Source of the DNA: an uncultured Pseudomonadota bacterium
GTDB taxonomy: Bacteria > Pseudomonadota > Gammaproteobacteria > Steroidobacterales > Steroidobacteraceae
NCBI GenBank assembly: GCA_963768485.1
Contig: CAVYHZ010000002.1
Coordinates: forward strand, 1,284,902-1,348,901
Direction of reading: 5' to 3'
Length of the DNA: 64,000 nt
The notes beneath the pieces are model-generated. The model saw only the letters and a list, made by a program, of their open reading frames with translations, searched no databases and had not been told where the DNA came from. Positions within the stretch are counted from its first letter, which is position 1; the number at the start of each line of letters is the position of its first letter. This document shows, one piece after another, positions 46,225-54,546 of the stretch. Made by a program: the position numbers and the translations under genes.

Positions 46225-46997
46225 ATACGCTCGTCTTCGACATCGAGACGGTGCCGGACGTCGCCCTCGGGCGCCGCCTCTACGATCTCGGCGACCTCGC
46301 CGACGAGCAGGTTGCCAGGGCCATGTTCGCGCGGCGCCGCCAGCACACCGGCGCCGACTTCCTGCCGCTCGAGCAGCAGCGCGTAGTCGCCATCTCCTGC
46401 GCGCTGCGCAAGGGCGACAGCTTCACGCTGTGGAGTGTCGGGGAGCCATCGACCCCGGAAGGCGAGCTGGTGCAGCGCTTCTTCGACGGCATTGCGAAAT
46501 TCACCCCCGACCTCGTGTCGTGGAACGGCTCGGGATTCGACCTGCCGGTGCTCAACTACCGCGCGCTCCTGTGGGGCGTGCAGGCGCCGCGCTTCTGGGA
46601 GACCGGCGACGGCGAGACTGAGTTCCGCTACAACAACTATCTGCAGCGCTATCACTGGCGGCATACCGACCTCATGGATGTGCTCTCGGGCTTCAGCTCG
46701 CGCAACCGCGTCTCGCTCGCCAACATGGCGTGTCTGCTCGGGCTCCCGGGCAAGCTTGGCTTCGGCGGCGACCAGGTCTGGGACGCCTTCCAGCGCGGCG
46801 ACCTGCCGGGCATCCGCCGCTACTGCGAGACCGACGTCCTCAACACCTACCTCATCTGGCTGCGCTTCGAGCGGCTGCGCGGGCGGCTTACGCCCCCGGC
46901 GCACGACGCCGAGGTCGAGCGCGTGCGGGCGTACCTGGGCGCTGCCGCCGAGCCGCATCTCGCGCAGTTCCTGGCCGCATGGGGCGAGCCTTCCTGA
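46221..46997 (+). CDS. PolB-exonuclease-domain-like 3'-5' exonuclease
   Basis: 258-aa ORF with a VFDIETVPD ExoI-type motif and WNGSGFDLPVL. ATGA overlap with acpS. Confidence 0.7.
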   Translation: MNTLVFDIETVPDVALGRRLYDLGDLADEQVARAMFARRRQHTGADFLPLEQQRVVAISCALRKGDSFTLWSVGEPSTPEGELVQRFFDGIAKFTPDLVSWNGSGFDLPVLNYRALLWGVQAPRFWETGDGETEFRYNNYLQRYHWRHTDLMDVLSGFSSRNRVSLANMACLLGLPGKLGFGGDQVWDAFQRGDLPGIRRYCETDVLNTYLIWLRFERLRGRLTPPAHDAEVERVRAYLGAAAEPHLAQFLAAWGEPS

Positions 46998-47010
46998 GCG
47001 GCCCTGCGCC

Positions 47011-48321
47011 ATGAGCGTGCCGGCCGAGGAAGTGGCGATCGTAAGCGCGCTCACCCACGAGGGGGAGGGCGTCGTGCGTGGCGGCAAGACGGCGTTCGTC
47101 GCGGGCGCACTGCCCGGCGAACGCATCCGCTTTCGCCGTACGCGCCGCCACCGCCAGCACGACGACGCCGAGCTCCTCGAGGTGCTGGACGCATCCCCGG
47201 CGCGCGTGGTGCCGCGCTGCGCGCACTTTGGCGTGTGCGGCGGCTGCGTGCTGCAGCACCTCGATCCCGCCGCGCAGGTCGCCGCCAAGGAGACGGAGCT
47301 GCGCGAGGCGCTCGCGCGGGTGGCGCGCGTGGAGCCGCGCCGCTGGCTCGCGCCGCTCGCAGGTCCCGTTTGGGCCTACCGGCGCCGCGCGCGGCTCGGC
47401 GCGAAGTTCGTCTACCGCAAGGACCGGGTGGTGGTCGGGTTCCGCGAGCGCGCCGCGCCCTACGTGGCCGATCTCGCCGGCTGCGAAGTGCTTGCCGGCC
47501 CCGCGGGCGCGCTCATCGCTCCGCTCGGGGCGCTGTTCGGGCGCCTCGCGATCCGCGAGCAGCTGCCGCAGATCGAGGTCGCCGTGGCCGATAACGCCAC
47601 GGCGCTCGTGCTGCGCGTGCTCGAGGAGCCGGGCGAAGCGGACCTCGCGCTGCTGCGGGAGTTCGCCGGCCGGCACGGCGTGCGCCTGTATCTGCAGCCC
47701 GCGGGACTGAAGTCGGTGCGGCCGCTCGATGCAGCCTCGGGCGCGCCACTCTGGTACGCGCTGCCCGCCTTCGGTCTGACCTTCGAATTCCTGCCCACCG
47801 ACTTCATCCAGGTGAATGGCGCGGTGAATGCGGCGCTGGTGGCGCGGGCGGTCGAGCTGCTCGAGCTCACCAACGCCGCGCGGGTGCTCGACCTGTACTG
47901 CGGCCTCGGCAACTTCACGCTCGCGCTGGCGAAGCGCGCGGGCGAGGCGGTGGGCGTCGAGGGCGAGGCGGGGCTGATCGAGCGCGCGCGCGGCAATGCC
48001 GCGCGCAACGGGCTCGCGAACGCGGCCTTCCACCTCGCCGATCTTGCGGCGGAGCCCGGCGCGGATGCGCCGTGGCTCAAGGGCGGCTACAGCCACGTGC
48101 TGCTCGATCCGCCGCGCACCGGGGCGCGCGCCGTGCTCGGGGCCCTGGCGCGCCTCGCGCCGGCACGGGTGTTGTATATTTCGTGTCACCCGGGGAGCCT
48201 GGCGCGGGACCTCATGGAGCTGGTGCACCAACATGGCTTCACGCTCGAGACGGCGGGCGTCGTCGACATGTTCGCGCACACCGCGCACGTCGAGTCGCTG
48301 GCGCTGCTGGTGCGTGCGTGA
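47011..48321 (+). CDS. rlmD: 23S rRNA (uracil1939-C5)-methyltransferase RlmD
   Basis: N-terminal TRAM domain, Fe-S Cys cluster (CAHFGVCGGCVLQH), SAM fold (DLYCGLGNF) and C-terminal DMFAHTAHVES. Confidence 0.9.
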   Translation: MSVPAEEVAIVSALTHEGEGVVRGGKTAFVAGALPGERIRFRRTRRHRQHDDAELLEVLDASPARVVPRCAHFGVCGGCVLQHLDPAAQVAAKETELREALARVARVEPRRWLAPLAGPVWAYRRRARLGAKFVYRKDRVVVGFRERAAPYVADLAGCEVLAGPAGALIAPLGALFGRLAIREQLPQIEVAVADNATALVLRVLEEPGEADLALLREFAGRHGVRLYLQPAGLKSVRPLDAASGAPLWYALPAFGLTFEFLPTDFIQVNGAVNAALVARAVELLELTNAARVLDLYCGLGNFTLALAKRAGEAVGVEGEAGLIERARGNAARNGLANAAFHLADLAAEPGADAPWLKGGYSHVLLDPPRTGARAVLGALARLAPARVLYISCHPGSLARDLMELVHQHGFTLETAGVVDMFAHTAHVESLALLVRA

Positions 48322-49376
48322 GCCTCGGGCCCCTCATGATCGACCTCGAGGGCGCAACGCTCGGCGCCGCCGAACGCGAGCTGCTGCGCCATCCTCTCGT
48401 CGGCGGCGTGCTGCTCTTCACACGCAACTATGCCGACCCCGGGCAGCTCGCGGCGCTGGTAGCCGGGATCCACGCGGCGCGTTCCCCGGCGCTCATCGTG
48501 GCGGTCGATCACGAGGGCGGACGCGTGCAGCGCTTTCGCGAGGGCTTCTCGCGGTTGCCGCCGGCGCGGCGCATCGGCCATGCCTTCGACGCGGATGCGC
48601 GCGGCGGCCTCGCGCTCGCGCGGCAGCTCGGCTGGCTGATGGCCGCGGAGCTGCGTGCCGTGGGCGTCGATATCTCGTTCGCGCCGTGCGTGGATCTCGA
48701 CCTCGGCGTGAGCGAGGTCATCGGCGACCGGGCCTTCCACGCGGCGCCTGAGGCCGTGGGGCAGCTCGCGGTGGCCTACGTACACGGCATGCGCGATGCC
48801 GGCATGGCGGCCACCGCCAAGCACTTCCCGGGCCATGGGGCGGTGGTGGCCGACTCCCACCAGACGCTGCCGGTGGACCGGCGCGGGCTCGCCGACCTCG
48901 GTGGGGATCTCGCTCCTTACCGGCGTCTGATCGGCAACGGCCTGCCCGCCGTCATGGTCGGGCATCTGCTCTTTCCGGCGGTGGATCCGGCCCCGGCGAG
49001 CCTGTCGGCGCGCTGGATTCGCGACGTGCTGCGCGGTCAGCTGCGCTTCCAGGGCGTAGTGTTCGCCGACGATCTCTCCATGGGAGGGGCGGCCGCCGCG
49101 TACGGGGACGTCGTCACGCGGGCCCGCCAGGCCCTGGCAGCGGGCTGCGACATGCTTCCGGTTTGCAACAATCGCGCGAGTGTCACTGAGCTTCTCGACC
49201 ACCTCGAGGTGCGGGTACAGCCCGCCTCGAGCCTGCGCCTCGTGCGCCTGCACGGCCGGGCGGCGCCGGGCCGGACGGAGCTGCTGGCCTCGGCCGAATG
49301 GGCGCGGGCGAACGCCGCCCTGGCCGCGATCGAGGCGGCTCCACCCCTGACCCTGGTAGCGGGCAGCAACCCATGA
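48318..49376 (+). CDS. nagZ: beta-N-acetylhexosaminidase NagZ
   Basis: GTGA overlap with rlmD. LGPLMIDLEG N-terminus, VDHEGGRVQRF and KHFPGHG motifs. Confidence 0.93.
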   Translation: MSLGPLMIDLEGATLGAAERELLRHPLVGGVLLFTRNYADPGQLAALVAGIHAARSPALIVAVDHEGGRVQRFREGFSRLPPARRIGHAFDADARGGLALARQLGWLMAAELRAVGVDISFAPCVDLDLGVSEVIGDRAFHAAPEAVGQLAVAYVHGMRDAGMAATAKHFPGHGAVVADSHQTLPVDRRGLADLGGDLAPYRRLIGNGLPAVMVGHLLFPAVDPAPASLSARWIRDVLRGQLRFQGVVFADDLSMGGAAAAYGDVVTRARQALAAGCDMLPVCNNRASVTELLDHLEVRVQPASSLRLVRLHGRAAPGRTELLASAEWARANAALAAIEAAPPLTLVAGSNP

Positions 49377-50305
49377 ATAACTGGTCGGGTGAGGCCTGGC
49401 AGAACCTCGTCGAGAGCGCGCCCGAGGGCATTGTGATCTGCGATGCGACCGTGCCCGACTGCCCGGTGGTGTTCGCCAACGCCGCCTTCGCCCAGATGTG
49501 CGGCTACCCGGCCGCGGCGCTCCTCGGCAACAACCTGCGTATGCTCCAGGGTACCGATCGCGACCAGGAGTCCCGCACCCGGCTGCACGAGGCGGTCGGC
49601 AAGGGCGAGCCGGCGCGGGTGCTGCTGCGCAACTACCGCCCGGACGGCTCGCTGTTCTGGAACGAGACGGTCATCCAGCCGGTGCGCAACGCCGCCGGTG
49701 AGCTCACGCATTTCGTCGGCTTTCACCGCGACGCGAGCGAGCGTCTCAAGGCGCCCGATCGCGCGCCCGCCGGCCTGCCGTCCTGGCTGCGTGAGGACCG
49801 CCTCACCGGCCTGTACTCGCGCGCCTATCTCGAGGAGCTGTTGCAGCGCGACTGGCAGCTGGCGCAGCGCGACTCGCACGAGATCGGGCTGACGCTGTTC
49901 GACATCGACGATCTCGGCGCCTACAACGAGAAATTCGATCGCGCCGCCGGAGACGCCTGCATCCGCCGCGTGGCGCGCGTCGTCGGCGCCTCCTATCGCC
50001 GCGGCGGCGACCTGGTGGGCCGCTGGGAAGGTGGCACATTCGTGGTGCTCACCCAGGGCGAGGCGGCCGAACGCGCCGCCGAGTACGCCGGCATCGTCGC
50101 GCAGCGGGTGCGCGAGCTCCTCATGCATCATCCGACCGCCGGGGCGGGACGCTACGTGACCATGAGCGCCGGGATCGCGAGCCTCGTGCCGCCGCGCGGG
50201 CTGCCGCTCGAGGGGCTCTTCAAGGCCTGCCACGCCGCGATGAAGCGCGCCAAGACCAACGGCAAGGACGGCATCGCGACGGCCGAGGCCGCCGACTTTC
50301 AATAA
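49373..50305 (+). CDS. LOV-like PAS domain / degenerate GGDEF domain protein
   Basis: ATGA overlap with nagZ. The PAS core resembles LOV (GNNLRMLQG...NYRPDGSLFWNE...HFVGFHRD). The C-terminal GGDEF fold (DRLTGLYSR...FDIDD...) has EGGTF in place of GG(D/E)EF. Confidence 0.85.
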   Translation: MNNWSGEAWQNLVESAPEGIVICDATVPDCPVVFANAAFAQMCGYPAAALLGNNLRMLQGTDRDQESRTRLHEAVGKGEPARVLLRNYRPDGSLFWNETVIQPVRNAAGELTHFVGFHRDASERLKAPDRAPAGLPSWLREDRLTGLYSRAYLEELLQRDWQLAQRDSHEIGLTLFDIDDLGAYNEKFDRAAGDACIRRVARVVGASYRRGGDLVGRWEGGTFVVLTQGEAAERAAEYAGIVAQRVRELLMHHPTAGAGRYVTMSAGIASLVPPRGLPLEGLFKACHAAMKRAKTNGKDGIATAEAADFQ

Positions 50306-50311
50306 CTATTG

Positions 50312-50338
50312 GCCAAAATCGCAGGAAGCGATTTTGGC
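50312..50338. terminator. perfect 11-bp stem-loop between convergent genes
   Basis: GCCAAAATCGC-aggaa-GCGATTTTGGC. Confidence 0.4.
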
Positions 50339-50357
50339 GGATATTACTCCGTCGGCC

Positions 50358-50385
50358 GCCGGCAAAAAGCGTCGTTTTTGCCGGC
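50358..50385. terminator. perfect 11-bp stem-loop between convergent genes
   Basis: GCCGGCAAAAA-gcgtcg-TTTTTGCCGGC. Confidence 0.4.
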
Positions 50386-50415
50386 TACGCAGTGCCTGCT
50401 AACGCCGATTTTGGC

Positions 50416-51054
50416 CTATCGACCAGGAGCGCGCGGGCCCTGCGCCGGCGTCACCAGCGCTATGACTCCGAAGGCGGGATGATCGTAGTAGCTACGCTCG
50501 TAGAACCGCACGCGGCGGGTCTCGTTCAGCGTGAAGGCGGTCCCGGGCGCGGCTTTCAGCCCGTCGGCGGGGCTCTCCATCGCCCAGGTGAGCGAGAGTC
50601 CAAGGTGCAGGAACTGCCCGTGCTCGAGGTAGACGTTGCCGGAGAGGCCCGGCACGTCGATGCCGAGGCGCGCGACCGGAAAGCCGGCGCGCGTGCCCCA
50701 GGAGCTCGCGGTCTGCGACCAGGCGGCATGGGCGACCGGCACGTACGTGCCGCTCGCGCGCAGGCGGCTCTCGAGCTCGTTCAGCTGGTAAGCCGCGGGC
50801 GGCAGCAGCGCCACGAAGCGGCCCACCTGCAGCGAACCGCTCGCGGACTCGTCCCCGGCGATGCTGCGCGCGCCCGCTTCCTCGCTCCAGTTCTCCGCAG
50901 TCGCCTCGGCCGCGGCGCTGCGGAACACGATGATTTCGACGTTGTAGACGGGACCGGCACTCTCCTCGGAGGCCGCCGGGAGCACGCCTGAGAGCGCTGC
51001 GGTGAGCGCGAGCGTCAGGGTGCGCAGCACGGTACGGAGCTTCATGGCCGGCAT
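50416..51054 (-). CDS. CsiV/DUF2803-family periplasmic protein (tentative)
   Basis: 212-aa ORF with a signal peptide, YNVEIIVFR near the N-terminus and RFYERSYYDHPAFGVIALV near the C-terminus. It lies 1 bp downstream of mfd. The family call is from memory. Confidence 0.5.
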   Translation of the reverse strand: MPAMKLRTVLRTLTLALTAALSGVLPAASEESAGPVYNVEIIVFRSAAAEATAENWSEEAGARSIAGDESASGSLQVGRFVALLPPAAYQLNELESRLRASGTYVPVAHAAWSQTASSWGTRAGFPVARLGIDVPGLSGNVYLEHGQFLHLGLSLTWAMESPADGLKAAPGTAFTLNETRRVRFYERSYYDHPAFGVIALVTPAQGPRAPGR

Positions 51055-51055
51055 T

Positions 51056-54000
51056 CTAACCGTCCTGTGGCGCTCGCGCCGCCGGAGGGGCGAGTCGCCC
51101 GAGGAGCTCGGCCGCGTATTCGAAGCGCGCCGCCTCGTTCGGCAGCGCGCGCGCGATGCGCAGCTTCTGCGGGCCCTCGAGCCGCAACTCGCGCGCGCTG
51201 CGCTGGATGAGGCGCACGAGAATCGCCGGATCGACCGCGGTGCGCTCCTCGAACACCACCGAGCCGCCCTGGGGACCCAAGTCGAGCCGCCGCACGCCGA
51301 GGCGCCGCGCGGCGAGCTTCAGCTTCGCGATGCGCACGAGGCTCGAGGCCGCGGGCGGCAGTGGCCCGAAGCGGTCGTGAATCTCGGCGGTGAGCTCATC
51401 GAGCGCCGACTCGCTGTCGGCGGCAGCGATGCGCTTGTAGAGCGAGAGCCGCACGTGCACGTCGGCGACGTAGACCTCCGGCAGGAAGGCCGGCAGGCGC
51501 AGCTCCACCTCGGTGGCGGCCGCGAGCGGCTGATCGAGCTGCGGCTCGCGGCCGGATTTGAGCGCATCGACCGCGTGCTCGAGCATGTCGAGATAGAGCG
51601 ACAGCCCGACCTCGGTCATGTTGCCGCTCTGCTGCTCGCCGAGGAGCTCGCCCGCGCCGCGGATCTCGAGGTCGTGGGTGGCGAGCACGAAGCCGGCGCC
51701 GAGCTCCTCCATCGACTCGATGGCCTCGAGCCGCTTGGCGGCGTCGCGCGGCAGCGCCTGGCGCGGTGGGGCGATCAGATAGGCGTAGGCACGGTGGTGC
51801 GAGCGGCCGACCCGCCCGCGCAGCTGGTGCAGCTGCGCGAGCCCCATGTGGTCGGCGCGGTTGATGATGATGGTGTTGGCGCTCGGCACGTCGATGCCGC
51901 TCTCGATGATGGTGGTGCACACCAGCAGGTTGAAGCGCCGGTGGTAGAAATCCACCATCAGCTGCTCGAGCTCGCGCTCGCGCATCTGGCCGTGGGCGAT
52001 GCGCACGCTGGCCTCCGGCACCAGGGCCTGCACTTCGGCGGCGATTTTGGCGATGGAGCGCACCTCGTTGTGCACGAAGTAGATCTGGCCGCCGCGGCGC
52101 AGCTCACGCAGCGCCGCCTCGCGCAGCGTCGCGCCGTGCCATTCGATGAGGAAGGTTCTGATGGAGAGTCGCGCGGCGGGCGCGGTCGTGATGAGCGACA
52201 GGTCGCGCAGACCCCCGAGCGCCATGTTGAGGGTGCGCGGGATGGGTGTCGCGGTAAGGGTGAGTACGTGCACGTTGGCGCGCAGCGCCTGCAGGCGCTG
52301 CTTGTCGCGCACCCCGAAGCGCTGCTCCTCGTCGATGATGAGGAGACCTAAGTCCTTGAAGCGCGCGTGCGCGTGCAACAGGCGGTGCGTGGCGATCACG
52401 ATGTCGACCTTGCCGTGCTCGAGCCCCGCGAGCGTCGCCTGGGTCTCCTTCGAGGTCCCGAAGCGTGACAGCGCCTCGATGCGCAGCGGCCAGTCGGCGA
52501 AGCGGTCGCGGAAGTTGCCGAGGTGCTGCTGCACCAGCAGCGTCGTCGGCGCGAGCACCGCCACCTGCTTGCCGGCCTGGGTCGCCACGAAGGCGGCGCG
52601 CATCGCCACCTCGGTCTTGCCGAAGCCGACGTCGCCGCAGACGATGCGGTCCATGGGGCGCTCGGCGCCGAGGTCCGCGAGCACCTGGCGGATGGCCTCG
52701 GCCTGGTCGGCGGTCTCCTCGAAGGGAAAGCCGTTGACGAAGGCCTGGTAGTCGGTCTCGGCGGCGGCGAGCGACAGGCCGCGCTGCGCCTTGCGCCGTG
52801 CATAAAGATCGAGGAGCTCGGCGGCGACGTCGCGGATCTGCTCGGCGGCGCGCCGGCGGGCCCTGGCCCACTGATCGGTGCCGAGCTTGTGGAGCGGGGC
52901 GCTCTCGGGGGCCGCGCCGGTGTAGCGGCTCACCAGGTGCAGCGCGTGCACCGGCACGTAGACGCGGTCGCCGTCCTGGTACTCGAGCACCAGGAACTCG
53001 CCCGGCTGACCCGCGATGTCCATGGGCATGAGGCCCGCGTAGCGGCCGACTCCGTACTCCTCGTGCACCACCGGCGCGCCGGGGTTGAGATCCTGCAGGT
53101 CACGCAGGATCTGCTCCGGGTCCACGGCGCGCTTGCGCCGGCGCTCCTGGCGGGCGCGCGCACCAAAGAGCTGCGCCTCGGCGATGACGGCCAGCGGCGG
53201 CGCGGTGAGAGTCAGGCCCTCGAGGTCGGGTGCGACCGCGAGGGCGAGCGGGGCGCCGCCCGCGGCGAAGGCCTCCCAGCCGGGCACGATGGCGGCCTCG
53301 TGACCGTGCGCGCGCAGCATTTCGGCGAGCATTTCGCGCCGCCCGGGCGAGTCGGCGGCGATCAGCACACGCCCGTGAAACTCGCGCACGAACTTATCGA
53401 GCGGCGCCAGCGGCTCCGCGGCGCGCATGTCGAGACGCAGCTCGCGCGGCGCCGTGCTCGGGAAGTTGGTGAGTGTCGGCCGCGCGCCGGCCAACTCGGT
53501 GTCGGCCTTGAAGGCGTCGAGCCGGATGGAGGCGAAGCGCGCCAGGCTCGCCTCGAGCTGCGCTGGCTCGAGGAACAGCTCCGCGGGGCGCAGCACCGGC
53601 CGCTCGATGTCGTGGCGGCGGTCCTCGTAGCGCGTCTCGATGTCCGACCAGGCGCGCGCCAACGCCCGCGGCAGCACTGCGTCATGCACGATGACGGCAT
53701 CGGCCGGCAGGTAATCGGTGAGCGTCGCGAGCCGCTCGAAAAACAACGGCTGGTAGAACTCGATGCCCGCGGGCGCGAGGCCCTCGCTGACGCCGCGGTA
53801 GATGGCGCTTTTGGCCGGATCGCCCTCGAAGCGCGTGCGGTAGCGGCGGCGGAATTCGCGCACCGCCTCGCGGTCGAGCGGCATCTCGCGCGCCGGCAGC
53901 AGCCGCACTTCCTCCAGCGCATCGAGCGAGCGCTGCGTCTCGGGGTCGAAGCGCCGGATCGCCTCGATCTCCTCATCGAACAGATCGATGCGCAGCGGCG

Positions 54001-54544
54001 TGGCGCTGCCCATGGGAAAGACATCGAGGAGCGAGCCGCGCACCGCGAACTCCCCGGGGCTCACCACCTGGCCGACGCTCGCGTAGCCCGCCTCGATGAG
54101 GCGCTCGCGGAACGGCTCGAGGATGAGCGACTGGCCGCGCTGCAAGTCGAAGGCACGCCCCTGCACGTAGTCGCGCGGCGGCAGGCGCTGCAGCAGCGTC
54201 TCGGCGGCGACGATCAGGCAGCCGCGCCTGAGGTGGGGCAGCTCGTGGAGCGTGCGCAGACGCTCGGAAGTGATGTCCGGGTGCGGCGAGAACAGGTCGT
54301 AGGGCAGCACCTCCCAGTCGGGCAGGCGCAGCAGCGTGAGCGAGCGGTCCCCGTAGAAGCGCAGCTCCGCGCTGGTACGTTCGATCTCGCGCGCGCCGTC
54401 GGCGATCACCACGAACAGGCGCGCGTCGGCGCGCATGGCTTCGGCCAGCGCCAGCGAGCCGGCGCTGCCGTAGAGCGCCCGCCACTCGAGGTGCGGCGTG
54501 GCTGCGCCCGGCAGCGGTGGATTGAGGAGCGCCGTCGACGCCAT
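51056..54544 (-). CDS. mfd: transcription-repair coupling factor Mfd
   Basis: About 1162 aa from ATG 54544. It has a UvrB-homology N-terminus, an RNAP-interaction domain, a DEAD/DEAH-type helicase (GDVGFGKTEVA, LLIIDEEQRFGV) and a TRG motif region. Confidence 0.96.
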   Translation of the reverse strand: MASTALLNPPLPGAATPHLEWRALYGSAGSLALAEAMRADARLFVVIADGAREIERTSAELRFYGDRSLTLLRLPDWEVLPYDLFSPHPDITSERLRTLHELPHLRRGCLIVAAETLLQRLPPRDYVQGRAFDLQRGQSLILEPFRERLIEAGYASVGQVVSPGEFAVRGSLLDVFPMGSATPLRIDLFDEEIEAIRRFDPETQRSLDALEEVRLLPAREMPLDREAVREFRRRYRTRFEGDPAKSAIYRGVSEGLAPAGIEFYQPLFFERLATLTDYLPADAVIVHDAVLPRALARAWSDIETRYEDRRHDIERPVLRPAELFLEPAQLEASLARFASIRLDAFKADTELAGARPTLTNFPSTAPRELRLDMRAAEPLAPLDKFVREFHGRVLIAADSPGRREMLAEMLRAHGHEAAIVPGWEAFAAGGAPLALAVAPDLEGLTLTAPPLAVIAEAQLFGARARQERRRKRAVDPEQILRDLQDLNPGAPVVHEEYGVGRYAGLMPMDIAGQPGEFLVLEYQDGDRVYVPVHALHLVSRYTGAAPESAPLHKLGTDQWARARRRAAEQIRDVAAELLDLYARRKAQRGLSLAAAETDYQAFVNGFPFEETADQAEAIRQVLADLGAERPMDRIVCGDVGFGKTEVAMRAAFVATQAGKQVAVLAPTTLLVQQHLGNFRDRFADWPLRIEALSRFGTSKETQATLAGLEHGKVDIVIATHRLLHAHARFKDLGLLIIDEEQRFGVRDKQRLQALRANVHVLTLTATPIPRTLNMALGGLRDLSLITTAPAARLSIRTFLIEWHGATLREAALRELRRGGQIYFVHNEVRSIAKIAAEVQALVPEASVRIAHGQMRERELEQLMVDFYHRRFNLLVCTTIIESGIDVPSANTIIINRADHMGLAQLHQLRGRVGRSHHRAYAYLIAPPRQALPRDAAKRLEAIESMEELGAGFVLATHDLEIRGAGELLGEQQSGNMTEVGLSLYLDMLEHAVDALKSGREPQLDQPLAAATEVELRLPAFLPEVYVADVHVRLSLYKRIAAADSESALDELTAEIHDRFGPLPPAASSLVRIAKLKLAARRLGVRRLDLGPQGGSVVFEERTAVDPAILVRLIQRSARELRLEGPQKLRIARALPNEAARFEYAAELLGRLAPPAARAPQDG

Positions 54545-54546
54545 CT

